Of a stretch of 49,558 bases of DNA, positions 46,761-49,558 are shown in pieces. The notes under the pieces are model-generated. The model worked only from the letters and a program-made list of their open reading frames with translations, did not search any database and was not told the DNA's origin. The position numbers and the translations under genes are program-made. Position 1 is the stretch's first letter. Every line of letters begins with the position of its first letter. Source of the stretch: Eubacteriales bacterium (GTDB lineage: Bacteria > Bacillota > Clostridia > Oscillospirales > CAG-272); the NCBI GenBank assembly GCA_045648605.1, contig JAZROG010000034.1, positions 1 to 49,558 on the forward strand. The letters are read 5' to 3'.

Positions 46761-48053
46761 TTGAAAAATTTCTATCTTAAGCCAAAGTTCTTTTCAGTAA
46801 TTAAAGATTATAGCGGAAAGCAATTTGTTTCCGACCTTATCGCAGGTATTATCGTTGCGATAATTGCCCTTCCCCTTTCCATTGCCTTGGCGCTCGCATC
46901 CGGTGTTGCTCCCGAAAAGGGAATCTATACCGCTGTTGCCGCAGGCTTTGTTGTGGCGCTCCTCGGTGGAAGCAGAATTCAGATCGCGGGCCCAACGGCG
47001 GCCTTTGCCACCATCGTTGCGGGCATTGTTGCCGCAAACGGACTTGACGGACTCTTTATTGCAACCGTCATTGCGGGAATTTTGCTTATACTTATGGGTA
47101 TCCTCAAATTCGGAAGCCTTATCAAGTTTATTCCCTTTACCATCACAACAGGCTTCACCTCGGGTATTGCGGTTACCATCCTTATCGGGCAGATAAAGGA
47201 TTTCCTCGGTCTTACATATGCAGAAGGAGTAAAACCCATCGAGGCTATCGAAAAGCTTGAAGCAAATTTTGAGGCTATCGGAACATTTTCATGGCAAGCA
47301 CTTCTTGTTGGTGCGGTATGCCTTGCGATTCTCATAATTTATCCCAAGATAGAAAAGCGTATTCCTCCGTCACTTATCGCGGTTGTGGTCGGCGCACTTA
47401 TGGTAAAATTCATTCCCGGTCTTGACGGTGGAGTTTTCACCATCGGCGAGCTTTATACCATTCCAAAGGGACTTCCAAGCGTTGATTTCGGCAGCTTTGA
47501 TTTCAGCATGGAGAAGATAACTGCTGTTCTTCCCGGTGCATTTACCATCGCCATCCTTGCGGCAATAGAATCGCTTCTTTCATGCGTTGTTGCCGACGGA
47601 ATGGTGAATTCCAAGCATAATTCCAATGCAGAGCTTGTGGCTCAGGGCGCGGCAAATATAGCCTCCGTTTTCTTTGGCGGTATTCCGGCAACGGGTGCTA
47701 TTGCAAGAACAGCGGCAAATGCGAAAAACGGCGGCAGAACTCCCGTTGCGGGCATGGTTCATTCGGTTGTACTTTTGCTTGTTCTTCTTTTCCTTATGCC
47801 CCTTGCGGGACTTATACCAATGCCCACCATTGCGGCTATCCTCTTTATGGTTGCATATAACATGAGTGAGTGGAGAAAGTTTGTGGCTATTATCAAATCT
47901 GCCCCCGTAACAGATATTATCGTTATGATAGTAACCTTCATTCTTACCGTTATCTTTGACCTTGTGGTAGCAATTGCGGTTGGTCTCGGCCTGGCAGTTG
48001 TATTCTTCATCCTTAAGAAATATATTTTCAAAAATAAAGCTGTAAAGGACTAA
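46761..48053 (+). CDS. SulP/SLC26 anion transporter lacking STAS domain
   Basis: DLIAGIIVAIIALPLSIALA, GGSRIQIAGPT, AIESLL, NAELVAQG, TGAIART; TTG start after AAGGAGA. Confidence 0.93.
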   Translation: MKNFYLKPKFFSVIKDYSGKQFVSDLIAGIIVAIIALPLSIALALASGVAPEKGIYTAVAAGFVVALLGGSRIQIAGPTAAFATIVAGIVAANGLDGLFIATVIAGILLILMGILKFGSLIKFIPFTITTGFTSGIAVTILIGQIKDFLGLTYAEGVKPIEAIEKLEANFEAIGTFSWQALLVGAVCLAILIIYPKIEKRIPPSLIAVVVGALMVKFIPGLDGGVFTIGELYTIPKGLPSVDFGSFDFSMEKITAVLPGAFTIAILAAIESLLSCVVADGMVNSKHNSNAELVAQGAANIASVFFGGIPATGAIARTAANAKNGGRTPVAGMVHSVVLLLVLLFLMPLAGLIPMPTIAAILFMVAYNMSEWRKFVAIIKSAPVTDIIVMIVTFILTVIFDLVVAIAVGLGLAVVFFILKKYIFKNKAVKD

Positions 48054-48055
48054 TC

Positions 48056-48937
48056 ATGTACGAGCTTATACAGGTAAGTGAAAGCTGTTATTATATCCAA
48101 AGCCCCGCTAAGATAGGTCTTATCAAGGTGGGCGAGAGCGAGGTCGTTCTCATAGACAGCGGCAATGATAAGGATGCAGGCCGCAAGGTGAGAGCGATCC
48201 TTGATTCAAAGGGATGGAAGCTTAATGCTATTTATAACACCCATTCAAATGCCGACCACATCGGAGGCAATAAATATCTTCAGGGGCGGACAGGCTGTGA
48301 GGTCTATGCTTCGGGAATCGAGGCTGATTTCACCAATCATCCCATTCTTGAGCCCTCCTTTCTTTACGGAGGTTATCCTTCAAAGGATCTGAGACATAAG
48401 TTCCTTATGGCGCAGGAAAGTGATGCAAAGCCCTTGAGTGAGGCGGTTATGCCAAAGGGCATGGAAATGATCCCCCTGCCGGGACATTTCTTTGATATGG
48501 TTGGCTTTAAATATGAAAATGTCGTTTACCTTGCTGACTGTCTTTCAAGCAAAGAGACCCTTGATAAATACGGAATCGGATTTATCTATGATGTTAAGGC
48601 TTATCTTTGTACCCTTGAGGCGGTAAAGCAAATGGAGGCGGAATATTTTGTTCCCTCCCATGCCGATGCCTGCACCGATATTCGTCCCCTTGCTCAGTAT
48701 AATATTGATAAGGTTAATGAAATAGCGGACAGAATAACAGATATTTGCAATGAGTCCCTTAATTTTGAAAGGATACTTCAAAAGCTTTTTGAGGTCTACA
48801 ATTTGAAAATGACCTTTGAGCAGTATTGCTTGGTAGGCTCAACGGTACGCTCATATCTTACCTATTTAAAGGATAATGGCGAGCTTGAATTTATATTTGA
48901 AAATAATATGATGTTATGGCACAAGGCTATTTCTTAA
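48056..48937 (+). CDS. Metallo-beta-lactamase fold hydrolase
   Basis: LIDSG, THSNADHIGG, LPGH, YLAD, PSH. Confidence 0.9.
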   Translation: MYELIQVSESCYYIQSPAKIGLIKVGESEVVLIDSGNDKDAGRKVRAILDSKGWKLNAIYNTHSNADHIGGNKYLQGRTGCEVYASGIEADFTNHPILEPSFLYGGYPSKDLRHKFLMAQESDAKPLSEAVMPKGMEMIPLPGHFFDMVGFKYENVVYLADCLSSKETLDKYGIGFIYDVKAYLCTLEAVKQMEAEYFVPSHADACTDIRPLAQYNIDKVNEIADRITDICNESLNFERILQKLFEVYNLKMTFEQYCLVGSTVRSYLTYLKDNGELEFIFENNMMLWHKAIS

Positions 48938-48944
48938 GCTACTA

Positions 48945-48973
48945 AAAACAGGTTGCATTTTGCAACCTGTTTT
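48945..48973. terminator. Bidirectional terminator
   Basis: AAAACAGGTTGCA-ttt-TGCAACCTGTTTT. Confidence 0.85.
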
Positions 48974-48978
48974 GTATT

Positions 48979-49558
48979 TTATTCTACTGCCGCTTTTTTG
49001 GAGGTTATTTTTCTTATTCTTTCGGTGTTGAATTTAGGCTTGCGGTCATAGGTGTAAAGTCCGTTTACCTCGGTCTCTATATCATAAAGCTGGGTGTAGC
49101 AGAAGGCAGAGATCCCTCTGTTATCAAGAAGGGCATGGGTGAGCTTTTCATAGCGCTCATAAAATTCCTCCTCGGTTTTGGGAGCGTTTCCGTAACCCCA
49201 GTCGTTGCCTGTGCGTTCTTCGCTGTCAACTATCCAGGAAGCGCCGCCGTATTCCGAGAGGAAGCAGAGCTTGTTTGATTTTTCCCAAACAGGCTTCTTA
49301 TAGAGGGTTTCATGGATATATTCGCATTCCTTGCCCTCATGAAGGGGAGCATAACGCTCCTTGAAGGAAACGGGATCCTGATTATAGTCATGGCAATCAA
49401 GCATATCATAGCAGCCCTCAACATGATGGAAGCCGGATACACCGATGAAAAGGCGGGTGGGGTCATATGCCTTTGTGGTTTCGTAAAGGTGGCGAATCAG
49501 TTCCACATCTACGTTATGACCTGTTTCGTTCATAGGGCACCAGCCTATTATTGCAGGG
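48979..49558 (-). CDS. Glycoside hydrolase family 2 (beta-galactosidase/glucuronidase-like), C-terminal part
   Basis: Frame runs to the window edge: PAIIGWCPMNE (acid/base), DPTR, SEYGG (nucleophile), FCYTQLYDIETEVNGLYTYDR. Confidence 0.9.
   Translation of the reverse strand, partial: PAIIGWCPMNETGHNVDVELIRHLYETTKAYDPTRLFIGVSGFHHVEGCYDMLDCHDYNQDPVSFKERYAPLHEGKECEYIHETLYKKPVWEKSNKLCFLSEYGGASWIVDSEERTGNDWGYGNAPKTEEEFYERYEKLTHALLDNRGISAFCYTQLYDIETEVNGLYTYDRKPKFNTERIRKITSKKAAVE

Noticed and set aside
1-49558. rRNA, tRNA, prophage, integrase/transposase, defence systems
   Set aside because: No supporting motifs seen; almost all coding space is explained by housekeeping, metabolic or sporulation genes.

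Overview
Chromosomal segment from a spore-forming Clostridia (Bacillota) bacterium, most like an uncultured gut Oscillospirales/Clostridia genome; that assignment is inferred from gene content. Left end (1-7917, minus): the promoter-proximal part of a glycyl-radical bacterial microcompartment locus of the fucose/rhamnose propanediol (GRM5-like) type. It encodes a glycyl radical dehydratase, its activase, EutS/PduU, EutP/PduV, a class II aldolase, a GlcG/PduO-like protein, a Zn alcohol dehydrogenase and four more BMC-H shell genes. Next come the L10 leader with rplJ-rplL, AraC and XRE regulators, luxS-mtnN, an unannotated 30-aa Cys-rich membrane peptide, holB-yaaT-ferredoxin-yabB-ttcA, a PHP protein and holA. 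The rpmH-rnpA-yidD-yidC-jag-mnmE operon follows, without its usual dnaA and mnmG neighbours but followed by a DnaA-box cluster. The right half holds the convergent yybS-gdpP-rplI-dnaB-tilS-hpt-ftsH operon, a SCIFF ranthipeptide locus, a PLP decarboxylase, spmAB, abrB, an ABC exporter, a Nudix hydrolase, a frameshifted fucU, asnA and a collapsed pseudogene. It ends with an EF-G/TetM-like GTPase fused to a Rae1/YacP-type NYN RNase, a STAS-less SulP, an MBL hydrolase and a truncated GH2. Several REP/REPIN-like structured repeats lie in intergenic gaps. No rRNA, tRNA, CRISPR array or intact transposase was seen. The most intriguing items are the translational GTPase-NYN nuclease fusion, the dnaA-less origin-type neighbourhood with a DnaA-box cluster, and a covarying structured inverted repeat at about 13 kb.
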